Notes under the pieces: model-generated
The model's database searches: none
What the model was told of the DNA's origin: nothing
The model's input: only the letters and a program-made list of their open reading frames with translations
Part shown: piece after piece, positions 1 to 6,931 of the stretch
Position numbering within the stretch: position 1 is the stretch's first letter
Layout: each line of letters opens with the position of its first letter
Sequence record: LC788706.1
Reading direction: 5' to 3' (one strand)
Origin: Escherichia coli phage KS_S14
DNA length: 64,000 bases
Made by a program: the position numbers and the translations under genes

Positions 1-170
1 CTTTTGACGGTGATCACATTCCACTAGAACAATTATCCTGTGATTACATGATATTGAAGAACTTTGACGAGACAAAGATCTCAAGCGTTTATAATCGACA
101 GAATCCATTAACGTGGAAATATAAGAAGAAAAAGAAAGGCATCAAATTCTTAAAAAATGTAGTTGCTTAG
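1..170 (+). CDS. hypothetical protein, 3' fragment (gene starts upstream of window)
   Basis: Open frame from window edge to TAG at 168-170; Lys-rich C-terminus. Confidence 0.3.
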   Translation, partial: FDGDHIPLEQLSCDYMILKNFDETKISSVYNRQNPLTWKYKKKKKGIKFLKNVVA

Positions 171-219
171 TTTCCAAAAGTTCTATATAATAATTACATA
201 AATTGAACTGGAGAAGCTA

Positions 220-411
220 ATGAAACGATTAGTTAGATTTAAGTGTTGTGGTTCTGAGCATATTTTTACACATCTTCGTGAATTTAAAATGTGTGATTGT
301 GGTAAATCAGGCTATGACGCAGGGGACGGGTTCTATACACGTACTCTAGGGAACTTCAATGATTTAGAGTTTGAAGATCTCGAAAAACAAGATAAATCGA
401 CCGTTGGCTGA
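220..411 (+). CDS. small Cys-rich protein (possible zinc ribbon)
   Basis: 63 aa ORF with GGAG RBS upstream; CC..CDC motif; 3' end overlaps tRNA-Cys. Confidence 0.45.
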   Translation: MKRLVRFKCCGSEHIFTHLREFKMCDCGKSGYDAGDGFYTRTLGNFNDLEFEDLEKQDKSTVG

Positions 412-473
412 ATGGCTTAGGCGAAGGATTGCAAATCCTTTTTATGTGAGTTCAAATCTCATGCGGTCGTCCA
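398..473 (+). tRNA. tRNA-Cys (anticodon GCA)
   Basis: Hand fold: 7-bp acceptor cgaccgt/gcggtcg, anticodon stem aagga/tcctt with loop ttGCAaa, T-arm gtgag-ttcaaat-ctcat, encoded CCA. Confidence 0.65.
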
Positions 474-492
474 ATTTTTAAGGATATAAGTA

Positions 493-1011
493 GTGCACAA
501 AAAAGTCTTTGATAATTTACTAAAGAGAGGTTTTGTTACAATCGAACCCTTCTCTATAACCACAGAACTAATACAAAGATTTATGGAAGAGTATATAAAT
601 CTTACTGGTACTAGTGGGAATATTAAAAAGAACACAAATACTTTATACGCAAGAAAACTTGCAGCACTATCATTCATAAAGTTTAAGCAAGAAAATAAAC
701 TACCTATTTCTGAAGGTTTTGTATACTGTATTAGTAATCCTGCATGGAAAAATCAGTATAAAATAGGTATGAGTCAAAATCCAAAAGAGAGATTAGCTCA
801 ATATCAGACTTATTCCCCTTATAGGGATTATAAGTTAGAGCATTGGTCTTTTTGGTTTGACAAACGAAAAGGTGAAAAACTAATTCACCAGTATTTCAAA
901 GATTTAAAAGAACATGAGTGGTTTAGTATAAATTCTAGGGATCTTAGTAAATATCTAGAACGTATTAACTCTAGTTCTGACTTATATGGTTCCTTAGCTC
1001 TAATTGGTTAG
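493..1011 (+). CDS. T5orf172-family (GIY-YIG-like) protein, putative homing-endonuclease-like
   Basis: 172 aa; block EGFVY.I.NPAW...YKIGM...ERL..YQTYSPYRDYKL...EWF shared with paralog 2766..3239. Confidence 0.6.
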   Translation: MHKKVFDNLLKRGFVTIEPFSITTELIQRFMEEYINLTGTSGNIKKNTNTLYARKLAALSFIKFKQENKLPISEGFVYCISNPAWKNQYKIGMSQNPKERLAQYQTYSPYRDYKLEHWSFWFDKRKGEKLIHQYFKDLKEHEWFSINSRDLSKYLERINSSSDLYGSLALIG

Positions 1012-1065
1012 AGCGGCATCTTGTTAAGTTGAGGGTTGCTGGTTCGAATCCAGCAGGAACCGCCA
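988..1065 (+). tRNA. tRNA, probably Asn (anticodon GTT), anticodon stem imperfect
   Basis: Acceptor ggttcct/aggaacc, T-arm gctgg-ttcgaat-ccagc, CCA encoded; anticodon loop ttGTTaa with two stem mismatches. Confidence 0.5.
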
Positions 1066-1167
1066 AATTCTGTGTAGAGTTAAGTAAACCGGTAGCCAAC
1101 CAGCTATCATTGCTGACATCGAATTCAGCCACAGATACCATTTTCATTAATAACTGAGAAAACAAGC

Positions 1168-1353
1168 ATGTCCAAGAATGTAATTGCACAGTTAGAAGTT
1201 CATCGTGATAGCACTATCAACAATATTGAAGTTGAGAAGAAATACATCGAAGAACTTAAACATGATATACTAGTAAGTCTTAATCGTCTTAATGTACGAA
1301 AAGAGTTTCTTAAAGAACTTAATGCAGCTATTGAGAAACTCAAAGCTGAATAA
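1168..1353 (+). CDS. hypothetical small coiled-coil protein
   Basis: 61 aa ORF between two tRNA genes; weak RBS. Confidence 0.35.
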   Translation: MSKNVIAQLEVHRDSTINNIEVEKKYIEELKHDILVSLNRLNVRKEFLKELNAAIEKLKAE

Positions 1354-1362
1354 ACAGATCAT

Positions 1363-1439
1363 GCGACCGGGGCTGGCTTGGTAATGGTACTCCCCTGTCA
1401 CGGGAGAGAATGTGGGTTCGAATCCCATCGGTCGCGCCA
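1363..1439 (+). tRNA. tRNA-Asp (anticodon GTC)
   Basis: Acceptor gcgaccg/cggtcgc, anticodon stem ctccc/gggag with loop ctGTCac, T-arm gtggg-ttcgaat-cccat, CCA. Confidence 0.7.
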
Positions 1440-1465
1440 AACTAAACTAGCACGAGAAATATGCT

Positions 1466-1813
1466 ATGATTAATGCTAAAGAAGAATTGTTACTTGCCCT
1501 AAAGAATACTAATTCTGAAGTTAAGTGTATTAAGATAGAATTCGGTTATTATGGGGACAAAGAAGTTTGGGTATTACCCGTAGGTTATACAGAAAAAGAT
1601 ATTGAAGATTTTCTAAATAATCTAGACTTTAAATATGATTCTGGTTTCGGCGGACAATTGCTTTATGGTAACGTATGGTTTACTGATGGAACTTGGTTAG
1701 AACGTGGTGAATATGATGGTTCTGAATGGTGGGAGTACAAGACTACACCAGCAATCCCTGAAGAATGCCGAACAATTAATGGTGAAGTAGATAATACTTT
1801 ACGATTAAACTAA
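1466..1813 (+). CDS. hypothetical protein
   Basis: 115 aa ORF, protein-like composition, no recognised motif. Confidence 0.45.
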   Translation: MINAKEELLLALKNTNSEVKCIKIEFGYYGDKEVWVLPVGYTEKDIEDFLNNLDFKYDSGFGGQLLYGNVWFTDGTWLERGEYDGSEWWEYKTTPAIPEECRTINGEVDNTLRLN

Positions 1814-1935
1814 TAAAATTTCAGTGCAGAACACGGAGCTAGCAATTCGGAAGTGCTGACTCATGATAAGCTGCCTATGTACTTGCGAAGCGGTCGTGTC
1901 CAAGACTCGGACTCTTGCACTGAAAACAATCAAAC

Positions 1936-2055
1936 ATTCTAGCGTGGTTGATGGGGAAACCAGCTTGGCGAGGGCAGAAGCTCGTTCGATTCGAGTGAAA
2001 GAATGGTTCTCGTAAGTCCGCACAAGTGATAACAGGTTCGAGTCCTGTCTAGAAT
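1936..2055 (+). ncRNA. tRNA-like structured RNA candidate with two T-arm-like hairpins
   Basis: 7-bp terminal pairing attctag/ctagaat encloses hairpins ctcg-ttcgatt-cgag and acagg-ttcgagt-cctgt; no canonical cloverleaf; lies in a 370-nt ORF-free gap. Confidence 0.3.
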
Positions 2056-2205
2056 GACACTATAAAGTTTACTTATTATGTAGGTTCCGATAGATCGGCG
2101 GGTCTATTCTGGCATTTAAGAGAGGTCTCGCAAACTTCTTTGTCAGCCGTGGGGTTCATAGCCTCCAGGTGGCCTACACAATAAGTAAATTTATTAAAAA
2201 TTCAT

Positions 2206-2234
2206 TTGCTATTCTGCTTAATTATCCGTATAAT
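2206..2234 (+). promoter_or_regulatory. sigma70-type early promoter (TTGCTA-17-TATAAT)
   Basis: Consensus -35/-10 with 17-bp spacer and AT-rich upstream. Confidence 0.6.
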
Positions 2235-2266
2235 ATATTTTATAAAGTGAAGAGAAGGAAAGCAAA

Positions 2267-2425
2267 ATGAAACACAAGATAGCTCAAGTTTTTATGGCAT
2301 TATGGTGTATGCCAATAGCTATAACAGCATTTAATCTAGATACTTTTACTATAGAAGAAAAATGTATCGGATTAGTTAGCGGCTTTAGTATGCTGGGCTT
2401 ATCTTTGTTGTGGTTGAAGAAATAA
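2267..2425 (+). CDS. small membrane protein (52 aa)
   Basis: ATG 33 nt after promoter -10 with GAAGGA RBS; hydrophobic; below ORF-track cutoff. Confidence 0.35.
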   Translation: MKHKIAQVFMALWCMPIAITAFNLDTFTIEEKCIGLVSGFSMLGLSLLWLKK

Positions 2426-2429
2426 TATT

Positions 2430-2507
2430 CTCCGTGTAGCTCAGTTTGGCCAGAGCGTTTCGTTTGGGGCGATAGGGTCGGGGGTTCAAATCCTCCCACG
2501 GAGACCA
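2430..2507 (+). tRNA. tRNA-Pro (anticodon TGG)
   Basis: Acceptor ctccgtg/cacggag, anticodon loop ttTGGgg, T-arm ggggg-ttcaaat-cctcc, CCA. Confidence 0.55.
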
Positions 2508-2513
2508 AACAAT

Positions 2514-2591
2514 TGCGGGTTAGATCTCTGGTAGAGATCGCTAGTCTCATAAGCTAGAAAGAGGTAGGTTCGATTCCTGCACCCGCTTCCA
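2514..2591 (+). tRNA. tRNA with CAT anticodon (Met or Ile2)
   Basis: Anticodon stem ctagt/gctag with loop ctCATaa, T-arm gtagg-ttcgatt-cctgc, CCA; 1-72 mismatch. Confidence 0.5.
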
Positions 2592-2611
2592 TTTTAATAG
2601 AGGATTTCGAA

Positions 2612-2776
2612 ATGAAAGTATTTCGATTAGTAGTAAGTGACAAACGGTCAGGTAAGAATACATCAAAATCCTTACTTGCCCATTATGGTAAAAATTGGGA
2701 TGAAGTAATGGCAGAGTTTAATACTAATCACCCTTACTTGAAAGTTCACTCTATTAAGGAAGTTTATGCTTATTAA
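2612..2776 (+). CDS. small hypothetical protein (54 aa)
   Basis: ATG with GAGGA RBS; stop overlaps start of next gene. Confidence 0.35.
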   Translation: MKVFRLVVSDKRSGKNTSKSLLAHYGKNWDEVMAEFNTNHPYLKVHSIKEVYAY

Positions 2777-3239
2777 CAGGGTGCTTCAAGCTCTAGATCT
2801 TCCAGAGCTCTTTACTATTACCGACCCCTTAATACATCGGTATATGGAAAAGTATAATGAAATCTCTGGTAAAAAAGGGAAACTAAAATCCTCAGAATTT
2901 AAGTTCTGTTATAGAATGGCAGCATTAAACCTCTTAAAGTACAAGAGGGAGCATAAAATCCCTATAACAGAAGGATTTGTCTATGTAATAGGTAATCCAG
3001 CATGGCCTGGACTATATAAGATAGGTATGACAGTAGATGTGAATGAAAGACTGTCTAGTTATCAAACATATTCGCCTTATCGTGATTACAAGTTATACCA
3101 TTTCAGATTCTCCTCGGACAAGAGAAGAACTGAAAAAGCATTACATAACCTTCTGAAGGACTACAAAGTATCAGGAGAATGGTTTGAAGTACCTCTGTTA
3201 GACGCCTTCAAACTATTAGTAGAAAATTTGGATTGCTAA
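2766..3239 (+). CDS. T5orf172-family (GIY-YIG-like) protein, paralog of 493..1011
   Basis: 157 aa; shares N- and C-terminal blocks with 493..1011; 3' end overlaps tRNA-Lys. Confidence 0.6.
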   Translation: MLINRVLQALDLPELFTITDPLIHRYMEKYNEISGKKGKLKSSEFKFCYRMAALNLLKYKREHKIPITEGFVYVIGNPAWPGLYKIGMTVDVNERLSSYQTYSPYRDYKLYHFRFSSDKRRTEKALHNLLKDYKVSGEWFEVPLLDAFKLLVENLDC

Positions 3240-3307
3240 CTCAACTGGATAAGAGTACCGGACCTTTAATCCGTCAGTTCTGGGTTCGAATCCCAGGCAA
3301 TCCACCA
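3230..3307 (+). tRNA. tRNA-Lys (anticodon TTT), tentative
   Basis: Acceptor ggattgc/gcaatcc, T-arm ctggg-ttcgaat-cccag, CCA; anticodon loop ccTTTaa with C at position 33. Confidence 0.5.
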
Positions 3308-3325
3308 ATTTCAAGAAAAACTCAG

Positions 3326-3354
3326 TTGCTTGATGCTTAATTTCTTGTTATAAT
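3326..3354 (+). promoter_or_regulatory. sigma70-type early promoter (TTGCTT-17-TATAAT) driving a non-coding transcript
   Basis: Consensus hexamers followed by ATAAATTGATGAGGAGAG box. Confidence 0.6.
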
Positions 3355-3361
3355 ATTTATA

Positions 3362-3592
3362 TAAATTGATGAGGAGAGATCCTCATCATAGTTCACTAAG
3401 GTATTAGCTCGACCTAGGACTGGCTGCCAAAAAGCACGATCCCTACGATTCGGGAGAAGTTCTAGATTAGTCCACTAGATTCAGCGGCAACTGAATAGTG
3501 TATTGGGTTTGCGAGATGACGCAGTTCCTTCCGCTCGAAGCGAAGGTGCTGTAGTTACGCCGAGCTAATAGCCTTAGTAAACTAAAGAATTT
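3362..3592 (+). ncRNA. promoter-driven structured RNA candidate upstream of tRNA-Ala
   Basis: Starts with perfect 7-bp hairpin gatgagg/cctcatc after the promoter; no ORF with RBS; further hairpins; ends at tRNA-Ala. Confidence 0.35.
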
Positions 3593-3671
3593 GGGGAATG
3601 GGTCTGCATGGAGTGGACACCTCGCTTGCACCGAGGACATCAGAACGGTTCGATTCCGTTATTCTCCACCA
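3593..3671 (+). tRNA. tRNA-Ala (anticodon TGC)
   Basis: Acceptor ggggaat/attctcc, anticodon stem cctcg/cgagg with loop ctTGCac, T-arm aacgg-ttcgatt-ccgtt, CCA. Confidence 0.6.
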
Positions 3672-3676
3672 AATAC

Positions 3677-3753
3677 GCGTGATTGATGGAATTGGCATAC
3701 ATACCGTCCTTAGAAGTCGGGTTTTGAGGGTTCGAATCCCTTGTCACGCACCA
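3677..3753 (+). tRNA. tRNA with TAG anticodon (Leu-type) but short variable region, atypical
   Basis: Acceptor gcgtgat/gtcacgc, T-arm gaggg-ttcgaat-ccctt, CCA; anticodon loop ctTAGaa; irregular D region. Confidence 0.45.
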
Positions 3754-3878
3754 AATTTGATGGTCAGAGTAAATTAAACCTACTATCTCGGTTGAGCTGT
3801 TTTAATGGGTTCGAATCCCAGCGAGGCGTAACTGCCTGGTGTGATAGAGGCATCATTCCACTAACATTGGAAAAACTA

Positions 3879-4109
3879 ATGAAACGAAAATTAAAAAAGT
3901 CTTATATAATTAAGATAAATAAGCTACGAAGTAGGGCAAAAGGATGGCCACTTCGAATATTAATTGCGGATAACCATACTAGATACCATGCGGAACAACG
4001 TCATTACAAACAGTGGGAGTCATACTGCCGCTCAAAAGCAGGTCGTTTAGATGGATCTTATGAGTTTCTATTTGGTAAGAAGCCTACTAGAGTAGCTTTA
4101 GGTAATTAG
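3879..4109 (+). CDS. small basic protein (76 aa)
   Basis: In-frame ATG inside ORF-track entry 3741..4109, whose upstream part is tRNA-like sequence; Lys/Arg-rich. Confidence 0.35.
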   Translation: MKRKLKKSYIIKINKLRSRAKGWPLRILIADNHTRYHAEQRHYKQWESYCRSKAGRLDGSYEFLFGKKPTRVALGN

Positions 4110-4114
4110 TACTT

Positions 4115-4205
4115 GGAAGAGCAAATCGAATTGGCGACGAAAACCGCTTGGAAAGTGGCTGACTGGTAAAACGGCTTGAGAGTTCAAATCTCTCCTCTTC
4201 CGCCA
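4115..4205 (+). tRNA. tRNA-Ser (anticodon GGA), class II
   Basis: Acceptor ggaagag/ctcttcc, anticodon loop ttGGAaa, long variable arm, T-arm gagag-ttcaaat-ctctc, CCA. Confidence 0.55.
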
Positions 4206-4217
4206 AACAATTTATAT

Positions 4218-4312
4218 GGTAGGTCAATCCAACGGCTGGCGCTGGACTCCGACTTGAAATCGGTTGATCGTAGTGATACGGTGTAAGGGTTCGATCCCCT
4301 TACCTACCTCCA
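4218..4312 (+). tRNA. tRNA-Ser (anticodon TGA), class II
   Basis: Acceptor ggtaggt/acctacc, anticodon loop ctTGAaa, long variable arm, T-arm aaggg-ttcgatc-ccctt, CCA. Confidence 0.55.
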
Positions 4313-4315
4313 AAT

Positions 4316-4451
4316 CTTGGAATATGCCGGAATTGGTAGACGGGACTGCCGAATAGGTTTACTAGGAACATCCACTCCTAGAAATATACCTTAAAAGCGG
4401 TTGAGTTAAATGGTCTAACTCATGAAGGTTCAAGCCCTTCTATTCCTTGAT
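4316..4451 (+). ncRNA. unresolved tRNA-like element (possibly class II tRNA with insertion)
   Basis: Leu-like D-loop gaattggtagac, hairpins ctagg/cctag and gagtta/taactc, perfect T-arm gaagg-ttcaagc-ccttc, no CCA; cloverleaf not resolved by hand. Confidence 0.3.
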
Positions 4452-4562
4452 ACATCAATGGCTCAAAGTGTAACGGTGCTATTTGATGCTCTTGGAAAGA
4501 CTTTCCCGACATGCGTTCGGGGGTAAGCTTCTGAGGCTAGAATAGAAGAGTTTCTGAGAGCC

Positions 4563-4682
4563 GCCACAATTGAAAATTCGTACTCGTCTTGAGCTGCGTG
4601 CAATAGGAGATAACTTGATTAGTATTCTAGAACATGCTAATTGAGGATGGTTTCGCTAACCCTGCGAGTTTTCAATTGTGGC
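4563..4682 (+). ncRNA. long-range stem structure (14-bp perfect inverted repeat) abutting tRNA-His
   Basis: gccacaattgaaaa at 4563-4576 pairs with ttttcaattgtggc at 4669-4682, enclosing about 90 nt; 3' arm overlaps tRNA-His 5' end. Confidence 0.3.
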
Positions 4683-4754
4683 TATATCATAATTGGTTAA
4701 TGATCCTGATTGTGAATCAGGCCTATGTGGATTCGAATTCCACTAGCCACCCCC
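4678..4754 (+). tRNA. tRNA-His (anticodon GTG)
   Basis: Acceptor gtggcta/tagccac, anticodon stem cctga/tcagg with loop ttGTGaa, T-arm gtgga-ttcgaat-tccac. Confidence 0.65.
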
Positions 4755-4780
4755 AAATTAACTTAAATAGGAAATAAAAT

Positions 4781-4981
4781 ATGGCTGATTTCTGCAAACA
4801 ATGCTCCATTGATATGTGGGGTAGAGATACTGGCGACTTATCTGGTCTGATTACAGAAGCCGAAGTCAAAGAAGGTTATGGTGCAGTTGTGGTTTGCGAA
4901 GGATGCGGAGTCATTCGAGTAGATCATGAAGGTAAGCGCCTTGAAGAACCTGAGCCAACCGCAATGGTTCCTGTAGAGTGA
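4781..4981 (+). CDS. small CxxC protein (zinc-ribbon-like)
   Basis: 66 aa; CKQC and CEGCG motifs; RBS present. Confidence 0.45.
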   Translation: MADFCKQCSIDMWGRDTGDLSGLITEAEVKEGYGAVVVCEGCGVIRVDHEGKRLEEPEPTAMVPVE

Positions 4982-4982
4982 A

Positions 4983-5564
4983 ATGAAATTAGAGAATTTT
5001 AAAGTAATCCCAGAATATCCAGAATACTTAATCTCTCCATATGGAGAGGTTTACTCTACTAAGAGTAATAAACTACTTACACATCATTTAGGCAGTGCAG
5101 GATACCCGTTTGTAACGTTCTATGAACAGGGTAAGAATGTTTCTGTTGTATTGCATAGATTATTGGCTAGAGTATTTAAAGATTTACCTTCGCTAGAATC
5201 TGAACTAGAGGTGGATCACAAAGATAGGAATAAATTGAACTTTACCCTAGATAATCTAGTTGTCATGACCAAGGAAGATCACAGAGTAAAAACTACACTT
5301 GAAAGAGGGCATACAGTAGGTGGTAGTAAATGTCCTTATTGTAATAAACAAATAAATTCTTCATCTAAAACTTGTTTTGATTGTAAACCTAAGAGTAGCC
5401 CTGATATTACAGCAGAGCAAATAGAATATTGGGTAATAAACTATTCATGGGTTAAAGCATCAAAAGAGCTGGGACTATCTGATAATGGTCTACGTAAACG
5501 TTATAAATCCTTAACAGGTAAAGATCCAAAAAGTATTAAGAAGAAGGTTAGCCAAGTCGGTTAA
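4983..5564 (+). CDS. HNH homing endonuclease
   Basis: 193 aa; EVDHKDRNKLNFTLDNL HNH motif and C-terminal CxxC..CxxC; 3' end overlaps tRNA-Gln. Confidence 0.65.
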   Translation: MKLENFKVIPEYPEYLISPYGEVYSTKSNKLLTHHLGSAGYPFVTFYEQGKNVSVVLHRLLARVFKDLPSLESELEVDHKDRNKLNFTLDNLVVMTKEDHRVKTTLERGHTVGGSKCPYCNKQINSSSKTCFDCKPKSSPDITAEQIEYWVINYSWVKASKELGLSDNGLRKRYKSLTGKDPKSIKKKVSQVG

Positions 5565-5617
5565 GGCTGGGGTCTCTGAAATCCTGATCAGTGGTTCGAA
5601 TCCACTACCTTCTGCCA
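5542..5617 (+). tRNA. tRNA-Gln (anticodon CTG)
   Basis: Acceptor agaaggt/accttct, anticodon loop ctCTGaa, T-arm agtgg-ttcgaat-ccact, CCA. Confidence 0.55.
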
Positions 5618-5623
5618 AACAAT

Positions 5624-5701
5624 TGGGGATTAGCTTAGCTTGGCCTAAAGCTTCGGCCTTTGAAGTCGAGATCATTGGTTCAAATCCAATATCCCCTGCC
5701 A
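5624..5701 (+). tRNA. tRNA-Gln (anticodon TTG)
   Basis: Anticodon stem tcggc/gtcga with loop ctTTGaa, T-arm attgg-ttcaaat-ccaat, CCA; 1-72 mismatch. Confidence 0.55.
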
Positions 5702-5708
5702 AATAATC

Positions 5709-5784
5709 GCGGTTAAGCACACGGGTTGTGCCGCAGGCCTTCCAAGCCTCGCTGAGTAGGGTTCGATTCCCTCTAGCCGCTCCA
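5709..5784 (+). tRNA. tRNA-Gly (anticodon TCC)
   Basis: Acceptor gcggtta/tagccgc, D-stem gcac/gtgc, anticodon loop ctTCCaa, CCA. Confidence 0.6.
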
Positions 5785-5800
5785 ACTTTAAGGAAACACT

Positions 5801-6022
5801 ATGCACGTTTTTGAGTTTCGTAATAAGAGTACTGATAAGCGAGTTATCATTATTGGAGAAACATATCGAGCATATGAACAAACTGACGGCTCTGTTATCT
5901 TGAATGATGAGAAAGGAGGTTTTAGCTTTTATCCAGAAGAAACGTATGAAGAATTTCGTACTAAGTTTCTTTTACCAGACTGGCTAGCAGTAGCCGAGCA
6001 ACGAGAATCCGAAGATGGCTGA
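5801..6022 (+). CDS. hypothetical protein
   Basis: 73 aa ORF with AAGGAAA RBS. Confidence 0.5.
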   Translation: MHVFEFRNKSTDKRVIIIGETYRAYEQTDGSVILNDEKGGFSFYPEETYEEFRTKFLLPDWLAVAEQRESEDG

Positions 6023-6179
6023 TAACCTAAAATTAAAGGTTGACAAACAAAAGAAATACGTTGAGATTGAATTAGGCGAAGAACGCTTAAAGCTAACTTT
6101 CGAGTTTCTTCAGCAGTTGGCAATGACAGTAATGTCAGATAAATCCCCTGTATTTGAAAAAGAAATTCCGTTGAAATAA
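6015..6179 (+). CDS. small hypothetical protein (54 aa)
   Basis: ATG overlaps stop of upstream gene; below ORF-track cutoff. Confidence 0.35.
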   Translation: MADNLKLKVDKQKKYVEIELGEERLKLTFEFLQQLAMTVMSDKSPVFEKEIPLK

Positions 6180-6189
6180 CGGGTTTATT

Positions 6190-6264
6190 GCTCCTAAAGC
6201 ATTGCTGGTGATGCAGTTGCCTTGTAAGCATCTGAACCGGGTTCGATTCCTGGTGGGAGCACCA
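6190..6264 (+). tRNA. tRNA-Thr (anticodon TGT)
   Basis: Acceptor gctccta/tgggagc, D-stem gcat/atgc, anticodon loop ctTGTaa, T-arm ccggg-ttcgatt-cctgg, CCA. Confidence 0.6.
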
Positions 6265-6279
6265 AATTTAAAAATTCAT

Positions 6280-6308
6280 TTGCTTTCTCTCTTATTTATT
6301 GCTATAAT
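6280..6308 (+). promoter_or_regulatory. sigma70-type early promoter (TTGCTT-17-TATAAT)
   Basis: Consensus hexamers; downstream ATAAATTAATGAGAGG box then RBS and ATG at 6339. Confidence 0.6.
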
Positions 6309-6338
6309 ATTTATATAAATTAATGAGAGGGAAACCAA

Positions 6339-6629
6339 ATGAAACGTTATCTTTCTGTAGTATTCCAAACTGGTGGCCAAAGGTACACCTATGAATTTCC
6401 ATCTTCTTGGAAAATCAAAGAGGGTGATCAAGTAGTAGTGCTAACACCGCGTGAAGGATATAAAGTAGTAACGGTTAAACAAGTATTTCCAAAAGATCAT
6501 GAACCAGCTAAAGGCATCCGCTATAAGATGATTCATGGTGTGGTTCGTCAAGTACCACGAACTGAGGTAGAAGTAGATAAGGCTGGAGAAACTAAATTCC
6601 ATTATACTTCTTACTTAGACAGTGTGTGA
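6339..6629 (+). CDS. hypothetical protein
   Basis: 96 aa ORF immediately after consensus promoter. Confidence 0.5.
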   Translation: MKRYLSVVFQTGGQRYTYEFPSSWKIKEGDQVVVLTPREGYKVVTVKQVFPKDHEPAKGIRYKMIHGVVRQVPRTEVEVDKAGETKFHYTSYLDSV

Positions 6630-6644
6630 TGTAAATATTTTAAT

Positions 6645-6721
6645 GCTTCGGTAGCTTAGCGATCTAAAGCACTCGGCTGATAACCGAGAGATCGGGGGTT
6701 TAAATCCCTCCCGGAGTACCA
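6645..6721 (+). tRNA. tRNA-Ile (anticodon GAT)
   Basis: Acceptor gcttcgg/ccggagt, anticodon stem ctcgg/ccgag with loop ctGATaa, T-arm ggggg-tttaaat-ccctc, CCA. Confidence 0.65.
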
Positions 6722-6818
6722 AATTTAGGAATTAAGACTATGCGTCCAGGAAAGTTTAAAAAAAGCTAATTGGTCTAAAGAGTATAAAGAATACTTACTT
6801 AGTCTAGTAAAACATAAC

Positions 6819-6894
6819 AGTTAGTTGGCAGAGTGGTTATGCACCTCCTTCATACGGAGCGACTACAGTGGTTCAAATCCACTACTAACTACCA
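6819..6894 (+). tRNA. tRNA with CAT anticodon (Met or Ile2)
   Basis: Acceptor agttagt/actaact, anticodon stem ctcc/ggag with loop ttCATac, T-arm agtgg-ttcaaat-ccact, CCA. Confidence 0.55.
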
Positions 6895-6931
6895 TTAAAA
6901 TAGCTAGAGATAGCTAAATTTAGGAGCAGCT

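Noticed and set aside
971-2023. Minus-strand ORFs 971..1189 and 1805..2023, and 459..677
   Set aside because: They overlap tRNA genes or the structured-RNA gap or a well-supported + strand gene, with no RBS.
2284-2550. Minus-strand ORF overlapping tRNA-Pro and tRNA-CAT
   Set aside because: Translation includes tRNA antisense sequence; no RBS; a + strand small ORF and tRNAs explain the region.
3741-3878. N-terminal part of ORF-track entry 3741..4109
   Set aside because: It is translated through the tRNA 3' end and the orphan T-arm; only the downstream part from ATG 3879 is plausibly coding.
5511-5881. Minus-strand ORFs 5511..5720 and 5672..5881
   Set aside because: Antisense to the tRNA-Gln/Gln/Gly cluster; peptides like GFEPMI are reverse translations of T-arms.
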